Source of the DNA: Rebecca billardiae RCC1528
Taxonomy: Eukaryota; Protista; Haptophyta
NCBI GenBank assembly: GCA_965240325.2
Contig: OZ251242.1
Coordinates: forward strand, 310,001 to 374,000
DNA: 64,000 nt
Reading direction: 5' to 3'
This document shows, piece by piece, positions 1 to 9,669 of the stretch. Positions within the stretch are counted from its first letter, which is position 1; each line of letters opens with the position of its first letter. The notes below the pieces were generated by a model that searched no databases, was not told where the DNA came from, and was given only the letters and a program-made list of their open reading frames with translations. Made by a program: the position numbers and the translations under genes.

Positions 1-1998
1 CAAGGGCCAAAGTATCAAGCGCTGCGCACGACAACCAACTCGCGCGATTCACCGCCGCGCGTCGGGCTCGGTGCGGAAAGGCCCTCATCACGAGGTGTCT
101 CGCGGGCGGGAAGCGCCATCGCGCGCGACGCAAGATTTGGCGCGGCCTTCTGAACTCGATCGCCGGAATCCTCGCACCGGACTGTCGTCGCTCGCGGTCC
201 CTCAGCCGAAAGCCCACGTCCGCCTGCATGGCGTCGACGGTGACCAATGCGACGGAAGCGCAGGGCCAACGGCGTACGACGCGCAGCGGACGCACCTCCC
301 GGGTCTGTCGCCGTGGCAGCAACCGCGTCTTCGCGAATTGGCGACCCTCGCCGCAGCGCGACGCAGACAAGCCCGTGATGCCATCCGCAGAGAGATGAAT
401 CGTCGAGCATGCAGCATTGACGCGCCATCCTCGTCCATGGCGCAGGCGCTGCGGGACGAGGAGGAAGTCGGCACGCCGGTGACGGATGCGCTGCGATTCA
501 TGTGCCCACGTGAGCAGCTCGTGCCCACTCTCGATCGCGAGTGGCACACGCTGTCGCTGTGCGCGCGCGCGCGCACAACCAACAGCTTCTCGTGTCGCCG
601 AGACACGCGGGCGCCAGACCTGTCGAAGAGGCGAAGAGCGACGACCGCGTGAACGTCAACGCGCTCGTGCTCAGCGTGGCGGCCGTGTACGACGTCAACG
701 CGACCTGCGCCGAGCCCATCATGCCCGGAGCAGACATCGGCAAGCATCCTCGCAACGACCGCTCTCGGCTGACGGCAGGAGGACATGCACATGATCTACT
801 CTGGCGGCTTCGTCGGCGGCGAGGCGCTCGATTACGCCATCGCGGTCGAGATGCGGCACATACAGCGCGTACCCGCGCTCGCGCGGAGCAACGGGCTACC
901 CGCCCCGCCCCGCGTGCTGCACATTCCCTCGTGGGTGTGGGCCTCGCTGATGCGCACAGACTCGTGTACTCAGTACTGACGTGCCACGCGGGAGAACTTC
1001 AGGTGTCACTGGTCCTCGCCCTCGGACTGATGTGGATCCGTCACCCACGGCCACGAGCGAATTTGGAAAGACGCGAACTCGCAGAGAAACATCGCGACAG
1101 CACTGGCACGGCCCGCCGAGGCGACCCCCCCCCGCGGGGCCCGCCCGCCAGGGCACAGTTTGTTGGGCCGCGCGAATTTCACCGCCGCGGAAAGCCGGGG
1201 CGGATAGTCCCCCTCAGGGCACCATCAGGGCGGGGGGTTTGATGGTCGTAGATGACTCTTCTTCAGGCCTTGGCATCGCTGGGCGACTCGTATCCACCTC
1301 TCTCCAGCTCCTGTTGTCCCTGCTTCCGCATGGCCTGTGTCTGTGAAGTGTGAACTCTGTGATCGACGTGCCACCGGCCGAGACCGTGCACGGGGCATTC
1401 AAGACAAGTGCATAATGCCGTCAGGGGGAGGCCGGAGTTGTCGGTGGTGGATGTTTGCGCATCGTTCATGGAATGCCGTCAGCGCTCGCAGCTCGCATGT
1501 AGTTTCGCTCGCCGCTCCAGGGCCAGCGTCTCCGCTCCTGTGTTAGTATACCAGCCAGGCATTACGGTGATTGCTTTTTGAATTGGGATTTTTCTGCAGC
1601 TTCTGTCGTGTATGGCTCTGGAGCTCTTCCAAGGGGGTGTCTGCAAGGATCGGATGGGCTCGAGAGCTCGCGCACGCGCTGGCAGCCTCCCTCCGAAGGC
1701 TACGTGCACTGCTCGCGTTCACTCATCCAGGAGCGCAGGGTAAGAATCCGAGCAGGGCGCCCGCGCGGGCGGGCGTACGATCAAAGATCACAGCAGCGGT
1801 CGCTTGCACAAGCCAAACGACAATGGAGGTACATTACAGGCGCCAATGTGCGTAGATACCTCAAGCACGTACATGTCACACAATCCGCAACGCCACACGC
1901 GCCGTCGCGCCCGTGGTGTCCGCGTGGGCGCTCCCTCGTTGTGCGAGAGATGGCCCACGCTGGGAGCGATGGGCAGCCATCTCGCGAGCCGCGGCAAC

Positions 1999-2030
1999 GC
2001 TTTTGAGCCGGACTGGCGCCCCGAGGGGGA
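1999..2030 (+). repeat. 32-bp dispersed repeat, copy 1 (GCTTTTGAGCCGGACTGGC[G/T]CCCCGAGGGGGA)
   Basis: Matches 16763-16794 at 31 of 32 positions. Confidence 0.8.
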
Positions 2031-2098
2031 ATAGGACTTGGCCTCGCGCGCACCGGGGGACGGCCCTTCCTTCGGTGGGGGGGGGCGCATTGGCTGCC

Positions 2099-4978
2099 AT
2101 GTCGAGCGGCGGGCGCGAGCGACGCGTGCCGGGCAACTACGGCTCGAACGGGCTGCGATCAGACGGCACGAGCTTCAACGTCGGCAACCAGCTCGGCGAC
2201 CGCCCGTCCATTCGCCTTTTCGGCCACTACAACAGTGGGGCAGCCATGGCTGCTATCTTGTCAGGCGGTGCGCCTGACGAGGGAGAGGACGATGCGGCGC
2301 GCGCGGGCAGCGCGTTCCCGCGCGGGGTGGAGGTCGACGTGTCCGACTCGCCGCCCGCTCGCCCGGCTACTGCGCCCAGGCGCTCCTCTGCGCCGCCGGC
2401 CGAGCTTGGCGCTGACGCGCGCCGCCTTCCCGAGCCGCGGCGCCGAGCGGACGCGGAGGTGCCCGCGCGGCTGACAACCGCGTCGCGCTCGACGCGGGCA
2501 CCCGCAGCGCGTACGCCACCGGGCGCGAGCGCGCGCGAAGGGCCCGACATCTTCAAGCGACCGTCGACAGCAGCGGCTACGGCGGCGCCGCGCGTCGGTG
2601 CCGGCACGTGCCAAGCCAGTGTCCGAGGCGGCGCGCCCCGGCGCGGCTCTGAGCCGACGCCCTCGGGGCGCACACCCGCGCCGCCCCCCGCCATTTCCAC
2701 GCCGCCGCCCAGTGGCAGCCCCTTCGCGCCCTCCGCCATCCTGCCCCGCTCGCCAACGGCTCCGGTTGAGGGCGGCGGCGCACAGCAGGGGCCGGAGGAG
2801 CCCCCGTCCACGCCGCCCAGCGGAGGGGAGCAGGCGGCGCCCTCCGGTGGGGCCGCGGACGAGGCCGCCGCCGCCACCGATCGCAGCTGGTACACCGTGC
2901 GCACCGTCGAGGGCGACGCGCACGGCGCGGCGGTGAGCGCGCGCGCGGCCCAGCTGGCCTTGCCCTCCCTCGCAGAGCAAGGCGCGCGCGCAGGCGCGCC
3001 GTCGGCGCCGCATCGCCCGACGGCGGCGCGCACGAGCGCGGCCGGCGCGGAGGCGGGGGGCCGCACCGCCAGGGCGCTCGACGAGCGGGCGCAGCCGGGC
3101 GCCGGCGCGCAGCCCAGAGGCGCGGCGGGTGCGGAGGCCCGCGGCGGCGCGGCCGGGCCGGCTGGCGCGGCCGCGGTGCGGCGTGGCTCGCGCAGCGGCG
3201 GCGGCGGGGGGGGCCCAAGCTTTGTCTTGCTTGAGCCGCGCAAGCCGCCGCCGCCGTCGCACCCGGCCGCCCTCGCCGCCGCGGCCGGCGCGGCCGGCGC
3301 CGCCTCGGCGCCCGCCGCCGCGCCCGAGGCGGACGCGGACGCGCGCGGCGAGGCCGCGGGCGGTGCGGGCAATGCGGGTAATGCGGGTACCGACGTCGGC
3401 ACCGTGCCCGGGGTGATTGTGATGGAGTCTCGGCACCGCCCGCCGCCCGCCGAGCTGCCCGCCCAGCCGGCCTCGCCGCAGCACACCCCCTCTGCCGCGG
3501 CCGAGGCTCCGCCGCCGCGTCCCGCCTCGCCCGCGCGCGAGCCGCCGCCGCCGCCGCCGCCGCCTGCCGCCGCCGAGCCACCGCCGACGCCACCGGCCAA
3601 GCCCGCCGCGCGCCGCGCCTCTGTCTCCTTTGCGGCGCCGCCGCTGTCCGACGGCGCGCGGCTGAACGAGCAGTGCGCGCTTGTCCTCACGCGCGCGCGC
3701 ACGCAGCCGCACTCGCTCCTCCCCGCGCTCGAGCGCCGCCTCGCCGCGTTCCGAGGGCGCGACTGGGTGCGCGATGGGCACACGGTTGTGCGCACGGCGG
3801 AGGGCGCGGTGGCGGTCCGCGAGGCCATCGCCACACTCGCGGTGGCGCCGGCGCTGCGGCCCGTGCGCGCGTCCGAGGGCCTGCGCCGCGCCGCGCGGGA
3901 CCACGCGTCCGACCTCGGACCGCGCGGCGGCACCGAGCACGTCGGCTCCGACGGCAGCCATCCCGCGGACCGCATCGAGCGCTATGGCTCGTGGCAGCGC
4001 GCGCACGCGAGCGTGCTGCACTTTGGGCGGCTGCGCGGCGCGGCGCCGGCCGACGCCGAGTCGGCGTCCGAGCCGGAGGTGCGCGCGGCGCTGGAGGAGG
4101 CGGTGCTCACGCTGCTCATCGACGACGGCGACCCCGCGCGCGGGCACCGGCGCACCCTCCTCGACGCCGACTACGCCCACGTCGGCGCCGCCGCGGCCGA
4201 GCACACGGGGTACGGCGCCGTGCTAGTGCTCGAGCTCGCCGCCGAGTACGCGGAGGCCGAGCCGGAGAAGAATGATTCGAATAATACTCGTTCTGTGGCG
4301 AATATGAATGACGAGAAGTCGACGAGTCTTCAGAAGTCTCAGCCGCAGGAGAAGCAGGGTGCCGCCGGTGGGATGGGGCAGGGTCAGCCGGCGAGAGCGG
4401 GCGAGCACGATCGGCACGCGTCGGCGGCAGGGGCGGCGAGGCCCACGCCGCAGCAGGGCGGCGGAGCGGCCGAAGATGAGCGCGGCGCGCCCGCGCGTGT
4501 GCGGGCCGGGATGGGACCGCCGCGGGGCGCGGGCGGGCGTGAGCGCACGCCGCCGCCGCCCGCCGCGCGCGGCGGCGGGCTGTGTGCGCACTGCGGCGAG
4601 CCTGTCAACGGCGGCGTCCGCCTCGCCGCAGAGCCAGCGCAGGGCCAGCCGGAGCGTGTGTACCATTCGCAATGCTTTGCGTGCGCGCGCTGTGCGCGCG
4701 AGCTCGGTGGCGGCACCTTCAGACTCGACCGCGGCGGCGCCGCCGTCTGCCACCAGTGCTTCGCGGATGAGGTGGCGGAGCGGTGCGCCGCGTGCGGCCG
4801 GCCGGTGCTCGACACGGTGCTCACCGCGCTCGGCCGCGCGTGGCACCCGGACTGCTTCGCGTGCGGGCGCTGTGGCAAAGTGCTCGGCCGCGGCGCGGAC
4901 GACGAGACGCGCTTCCTCCGCGGCCGCGACGGGGAGACACCGCTGTGCGAGCCGTGCGGGCGCGCGGTGGGCGTCTGA
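2099..4978 (+). CDS. CAP/SCP-domain protein with two C-terminal LIM domains, long Pro/Ala low-complexity linker and an N-terminal SPIRAL1-like motif
   Basis: Single long ORF. CAP motifs GLRRAARDHASDLG..EHVGSDGS, LLIDDGDPARGHR..VG. LIM Cys/His spacing CAHC..YHSQCFACARC..CHQC and CAAC..WHPDCFACGRC..CEPC. ATG 2099 chosen as the likely start. Confidence 0.85.
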   Translation: MSSGGRERRVPGNYGSNGLRSDGTSFNVGNQLGDRPSIRLFGHYNSGAAMAAILSGGAPDEGEDDAARAGSAFPRGVEVDVSDSPPARPATAPRRSSAPPAELGADARRLPEPRRRADAEVPARLTTASRSTRAPAARTPPGASAREGPDIFKRPSTAAATAAPRVGAGTCQASVRGGAPRRGSEPTPSGRTPAPPPAISTPPPSGSPFAPSAILPRSPTAPVEGGGAQQGPEEPPSTPPSGGEQAAPSGGAADEAAAATDRSWYTVRTVEGDAHGAAVSARAAQLALPSLAEQGARAGAPSAPHRPTAARTSAAGAEAGGRTARALDERAQPGAGAQPRGAAGAEARGGAAGPAGAAAVRRGSRSGGGGGGPSFVLLEPRKPPPPSHPAALAAAAGAAGAASAPAAAPEADADARGEAAGGAGNAGNAGTDVGTVPGVIVMESRHRPPPAELPAQPASPQHTPSAAAEAPPPRPASPAREPPPPPPPPAAAEPPPTPPAKPAARRASVSFAAPPLSDGARLNEQCALVLTRARTQPHSLLPALERRLAAFRGRDWVRDGHTVVRTAEGAVAVREAIATLAVAPALRPVRASEGLRRAARDHASDLGPRGGTEHVGSDGSHPADRIERYGSWQRAHASVLHFGRLRGAAPADAESASEPEVRAALEEAVLTLLIDDGDPARGHRRTLLDADYAHVGAAAAEHTGYGAVLVLELAAEYAEAEPEKNDSNNTRSVANMNDEKSTSLQKSQPQEKQGAAGGMGQGQPARAGEHDRHASAAGAARPTPQQGGGAAEDERGAPARVRAGMGPPRGAGGRERTPPPPAARGGGLCAHCGEPVNGGVRLAAEPAQGQPERVYHSQCFACARCARELGGGTFRLDRGGAAVCHQCFADEVAERCAACGRPVLDTVLTALGRAWHPDCFACGRCGKVLGRGADDETRFLRGRDGETPLCEPCGRAVGV

Positions 4979-5170
4979 ATAGCTATACGTCATCTCGCGA
5001 CGACACACACCGCGTGGCAGGCGTCTATCGACCCTAAACCGGCGGCGGCCCCTCTGTCAAGTGCGACATAACCCGCCAGCCACTATTAGCTACTAAGACT
5101 GTTACAAAATCTGTTACGCTGTACTACTAGCAGTAGCTACAAAAGAAGTTTAGCGCCGATACTGTCGTCA

Positions 5171-5218
5171 ATCTCGCCTGCCTGAGCTGTGTGCGTCTCT
5201 TATTCTTAGTAAACTGTA
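5171..5218 (+). repeat. Dispersed ~45-bp element end or short repeat, copy 1 (ATCTCGCCTGCCTGAGCTGTGTGCGTCTCTTATTCTTAGTAAACTGTA)
   Basis: 42 bp identical to 28427-28468; near-identical reverse copy at 61723-61768. Confidence 0.85.
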
Positions 5219-5417
5219 CATCAAGGGTCCGGCCAAGGGTGTCCACCCTTGGTCCGGCCGGGCGCCGGCCCAGCCATCCAGCCGGGCCCAACGGGCGGGC
5301 CGGATGAGCAGCGCGGAAACTTCCGCGCGCCGGCATTCGCTGCCGGCCGCCGTCGTCGTCGTCAGCCCGCTTTCGTCCTCGTCCTTGCCGCCGACGCAAA
5401 CGCACGCACACGCGCCG

Positions 5418-6443
5418 ATGTCGTCGACCAGCACCGAGCATCAGATGCTTGCAGACGTGACCCCGCCCATCGCCATCATCGCACTCAGCTCGTTCGTCGT
5501 CGCCCTCGCCGCCTCGTTCATCTGCGCCAACGACGCCGGGCAGTGCACCGGCGGCGTCGCGCTCGCCCTCGCGGCCGGCTCGCTCGGCCTCGGCGCGTCC
5601 GCCGCGTTCCTCGCGTGCCACCTGCAGCTCGGCGCGAGCGAGGCGTGTGCAAAGATCGTCCCATACCTCACCATTGCGCTCGCCGCCTGGTGGGGTATCG
5701 CCGCCATCGTGCTGACCTCCGCCGGACCGTTTGTCCATGTCTCGAACGGTTACGTGGCCGCGTGGGTGGGCGCGGCCGCGTCGGTTCGCGCGGCGATGCT
5801 CGCCTCGGCGCGCGTGCGCGGGCTGGCGGAGACCATCGAGCGCGGCTATCACTCCGCCGTGGCGAGCGTCCCGTTCTCCCTCGCCGTCCTCGGCGCCGCC
5901 TCGCTCGTTGAGCTCATCGCAGCCGCCGTGCCTTGCTCGGTGCTCAGCGGGCGCTGCGCTGGCTACAGCGCCTTCGCCGTCGCGGCGGGCGTGATCGGCT
6001 TGGCGAGCGCGGGCGTGCTCGCGCTGGGCTCCAAGCTCCTCGAGACGCGGCTCCACGCGCGCGCGCCCCTCGGCCTGGCCCTCTTCGCCAGCGCCTGGTG
6101 GGCGTGCGCCGCGCTGCTGCTGACGTTCGTCCGCCCTTTCACGTTTGCCGGAAACGGCTTCTTTTCCACGTGGCTCGCGGCGGCGGCAGCGGCGCACCTC
6201 GCGTACGAGAAGCTGGCGAGCGCGCAGCTGGCGAGCGCGCAGGCGAGCGGCGCACACGACAAGCAGCCGGCCACGTGGTCGGACGTGCCGACGAGCGCGG
6301 GAACTGGCGGCCCCGATCACGCAGATGCAGGTGGCACCGGGGCGGCATCTGATTCTGCACCAGGCGTCGGCGCAGCAGACAGCCGCCAGGCACCGTCCGC
6401 AGACAAGAACTACTCGTCGTCATCATTGTCAGCGGCCGTGTGA
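5418..6443 (+). CDS. Multipass membrane protein (~8 TM) built from two internal repeats
   Basis: Hydrophobic ORF with duplicated motif W...LTSAGPFVHVSNGYVAAW / W...LTFVRPFTFAGNGFFSTW. Start uncertain (5304, 5418 or 5445). Confidence 0.75.
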   Translation: MSSTSTEHQMLADVTPPIAIIALSSFVVALAASFICANDAGQCTGGVALALAAGSLGLGASAAFLACHLQLGASEACAKIVPYLTIALAAWWGIAAIVLTSAGPFVHVSNGYVAAWVGAAASVRAAMLASARVRGLAETIERGYHSAVASVPFSLAVLGAASLVELIAAAVPCSVLSGRCAGYSAFAVAAGVIGLASAGVLALGSKLLETRLHARAPLGLALFASAWWACAALLLTFVRPFTFAGNGFFSTWLAAAAAAHLAYEKLASAQLASAQASGAHDKQPATWSDVPTSAGTGGPDHADAGGTGAASDSAPGVGAADSRQAPSADKNYSSSSLSAAV

Positions 6444-7504
6444 TCCCCGCCGCTGCGCCCCCGGAGCGCCGTCGCTTGCGCCCATGGCAGCGTCGGACCG
6501 GTTCCGAGCTCGCGGGCCACCGTCAGGCCGCGATGTGAGCTACCACTCAGCGCAGGCGTTCAAAATACACACGCGCATTGCAGAGGATGCACTCGCCATA
6601 GGCGGCAGGTTTATTCCAGCGCGCCACCCAAGTTGACGCGCGGCGCCTGCTGATGACGAACGACCCACTAACTATTGCCAGTCTGGACTAACTTTGAAGT
6701 TTGAGCTCTGACGACGAGAGCGGTGGCACCCTGCTGTGCTGAGGCTTCAGCTCCTAACTCCTGAGACGGAACAGCAGTCGCGTCGGAGTATGAGTTACTC
6801 CGCCGACCGACAGCCGATCGGGGTCCCGCGGTCCGCGCGTCAGCGGCCGGACAGTACGGTCTGCCCGGTAGTGCTGACTCTGCCGATCACGACGACTGTG
6901 ACTCGATGATGATCGATGAGTCTAGTTCGGATCGGAGGCTCTGTCTCGGCGAGCACGGTCGTACGCCCCGGGAGTACGGTCGATCACGGATCAGTGCTGC
7001 TGCTGTTCAACGGTGTGCCGTCTAACTGAATTACTGAATCTGAATTGCGTCAGCTTGCAAGTCGGTATATAGCCGCAGTCCGACGGATCGATCTAATTAG
7101 TATATATATATAATATATACTAATCAAAGTGCTCTGAGATGATGCTGATGCATGATACATATATATATATATATTCAGCAGCGCAGTCTGATTACTGTGC
7201 GCCCGCGCACGGTCCACGCACGGATTGGACCACGGTGCGCATGTATGCCGTGATGCAGCAGACTGGCAGCAGATCGAGTCTGCCAGCCAGCCAGGCTCCG
7301 TTACCGTATCAATACCGCGCGGCGCGGCGCGCCCTGCTCACGCTGCGGCCCTAAATCGTACGCGACTCATCATCAGACTACCGTCGGCACTCGATCGCGC
7401 GCATCCGGTCCGATCAGTCGCGCGCCGGAGTCGTCATCTTTACGCGCATGGTCATGATGAAGACTATATATACATGACCGCGTTCCGCGGTCCTTCCATA
7501 GAAC

Positions 7505-9616
7505 CAACGTAGTTAGGGGCCCGCGGTGCACCCTCCGTCGGCATATGCTGTCCGTCCAACGCGCGGCCGTAGCGGCAGCAGCAGCGCGGAGCGCCGTCGA
7601 GCACGCGCGGCAAACGAATAATGGAATATTATGCAGCGCGGGCGAGTCGACGGTCTGGAAAATGCGCGATCACGCCACAGCAGGCTGGCAGAGCCCGCCC
7701 GAGCTGCAGCATGCGCCGTAGGTGCTGCCCCAAGCTCTCGACTGCCCGTAAGCGGCGGCATGTGCGGCGGCGCCGGCGGCGGCCATGCTGCCCCGCCGTT
7801 GCGCGCCGCGGGGCGCTGCCGGCACCTCCGTGGTGAAGCGCACAGCGCTCGAGCCCACAGGGGCTGGCGACCGTCAAACCGACACCCCATGACGCGGGGC
7901 TGCGTGTGCCAGCTGCGCGCACCCCCTGGGCCCACCTGGCCCGCTCGAGCAGCTCGCGCCTTGGGTGCGCACAGCGGCTCGAGCATACCGTGGTATGGGA
8001 CGCCTGCTGCGGTGCCGCCGAGCACGTGCGGCCGAGGGTCACGCAGCACGGGCGACTCGACGGCGGCGAGCAGGCGCGACGGCCTCGCCGCGCCGCGGTA
8101 GAGCCTGCCCGGGCTGCAGCACGCCGTAGGAGCAGCCCAGCGCCCTCCTCCGCCCTCCAGCTTCGGCGCGCGTAGCAGGCCCGGCGGCGGCCATGCTGGC
8201 GTGCCCAAGCAAGCAGGCAGATGGGCGCGGCCGGCCGCGCCGTCGCAAAGCGCGCAGAACTCGAGCTCGGGGGGGCGGACGGCCGCCAAACTGGCGCCGC
8301 AGGACGTGGCACTGCGTGCGCCAGCTGCGCGCACCCGCTGCGCCCGCGTAGCCCGTGCGAGCGCCGCGCCTCGAGCACACGCCGCAGCAGCTCGACACAG
8401 CCACTGCAGCGCGCACGCAGCCTGCACGCCGTGGCCCGTCGGCATCTTGGAAGCCGCCGAGAGCGTGTGCTTTCCCCGCACGACGGCGGTAGCTGCCGCG
8501 ATGTATACGAGCGTGCTGCCGCGCCGGCCGCCGCTGCCCGGCCGCCGCGCCGGCCTCCACTCCGCGCCCGCTGCGCGTCCGCAGCTGGCAGCTGCGCTGC
8601 TGCGCCCGCCGTCAGCCGGCGGCGGTGGCTGCCCGCGCTCGCTGGGCGACCACTCGATGATGCGCGCAGCGTAAAGTGCGCGCTGGGCACCTCCTCGTCG
8701 CGTGCAATTTCGAGGTAGTCCTGCATCTGCTCCTGCATCAGCCCCTCCCACCCTGCGCGCGGGCGCGGACGGAGTCGCACGCACGCGGTCCGATCGACGA
8801 TCGATCGAGGGCGCGGGCCGCGGCAGCGGGACGGGCGTCGACGCGCAGGTTAGTTAGGTATGGTGCCGGCGCTTCCCGCAGGCGTTGCGCGCTTGGGGCG
8901 AGTGGGGCGCGTGGGCGAGACCAGCAGCCAGCCAGCCCACGCCACCGGGGCGAGGGCACCGGCGCGGCGCGCACGCCTTTGCACGGCATCCAAACGCTGG
9001 CGGGCGGGTAACCTGTTTTCACAAGCGCCTCTCTTTCATTATGGGCTTATGGCACAGGAGTACAGGACGAGGTTCATCCATCGAGGCAAGCGGGTAACTG
9101 GCTTTAAATAGCGCTATTCAAAAGAATCTCTTTCAATATTATGAGGAGGTTCATCCATCGAGGCAGACGGGTAACTTGGTTGGACAAGCGCCATTGAAAA
9201 GAATATATCTTTTAATATGACGAGGCGGTTCATCCATCGAGACAGACGGGTAACGTATTTGAACAAGCACTATTCAAAAGAATCTGGCTTCATAGCTGTT
9301 TTCGACCCAAAACAATCAAACGTCGCTCGGCAAACTCGTACTTCAGCATACAAGAGGGATAGGAATACTCACTTGTTTCACCCCCGGGGTATCTGATCCC
9401 ACGTCCGTCCATAGTAGATACAAGAATTGCAGCGGGCGCGGCCTTTTAAGCTGTGATGGACAGCATACCCCCCCTCAAAAAGTCGAAAACTCACCCTCCA
9501 ACAGCCCTCAAAATCGTCCCCCATCCCCTTTTCTTTGATCAAAAGATCTTTTTGACAACGTAGTGAGGGCCCCCGGCGGGGCTCCACGCTACGCGCTCCG
9601 CCCTGCACCGCGGGCC
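7505..9616. mobile_element. Putative non-autonomous or degenerate DNA element with mixed direct and inverted termini
   Basis: 13-bp inverted repeat GGCCCGCGGTGCA (7518-7530 / 9604-9616); imperfect 22-bp direct repeat (7505-7526 / 9556-9576); subterminal 78-bp tandem array; broken internal ORFs; no clear TSD. Confidence 0.4.
9071..9295 (+). repeat. ~78-bp tandem repeat, 3 diverged copies plus an eroded upstream copy
   Basis: Units begin GGTTCATCCATCGAG at 9071, 9148 and 9227; each has CGGGTAAC and AAAAGAAT. Confidence 0.85.
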
Positions 9617-9669
9617 ATCATGATGCATGCATGATTGATCATCAGCAGACATCATCAGTCACCGCGCCA

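Noticed and set aside
2227-4204. Long antisense and alternate-frame Arg/Ala/Gly-rich ORFs here and throughout the window
   Set aside because: Expected from stop-codon scarcity at very high GC; they shadow real genes and lack motifs
5171-5218. Spliced-leader relic interpretation of the 45-bp repeat
   Set aside because: Copies are not consistently fused to processed gene starts (one precedes an intron-containing fragment, one faces a spacer); kept only as an unexplained repeat
7513-8784. 423-aa minus-strand ORF as a real gene
   Set aside because: No recognisable domain, protein-like text switches frames, and it lies in a putative degenerate element
9071-9295. Regularly spaced repeats as a CRISPR array
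   Set aside because: The inter-repeat segments are homologous to each other (tandem repeat), the context is eukaryotic, and there is no cas operon; the Cas4-like nuclease is 42 kb away and solitary
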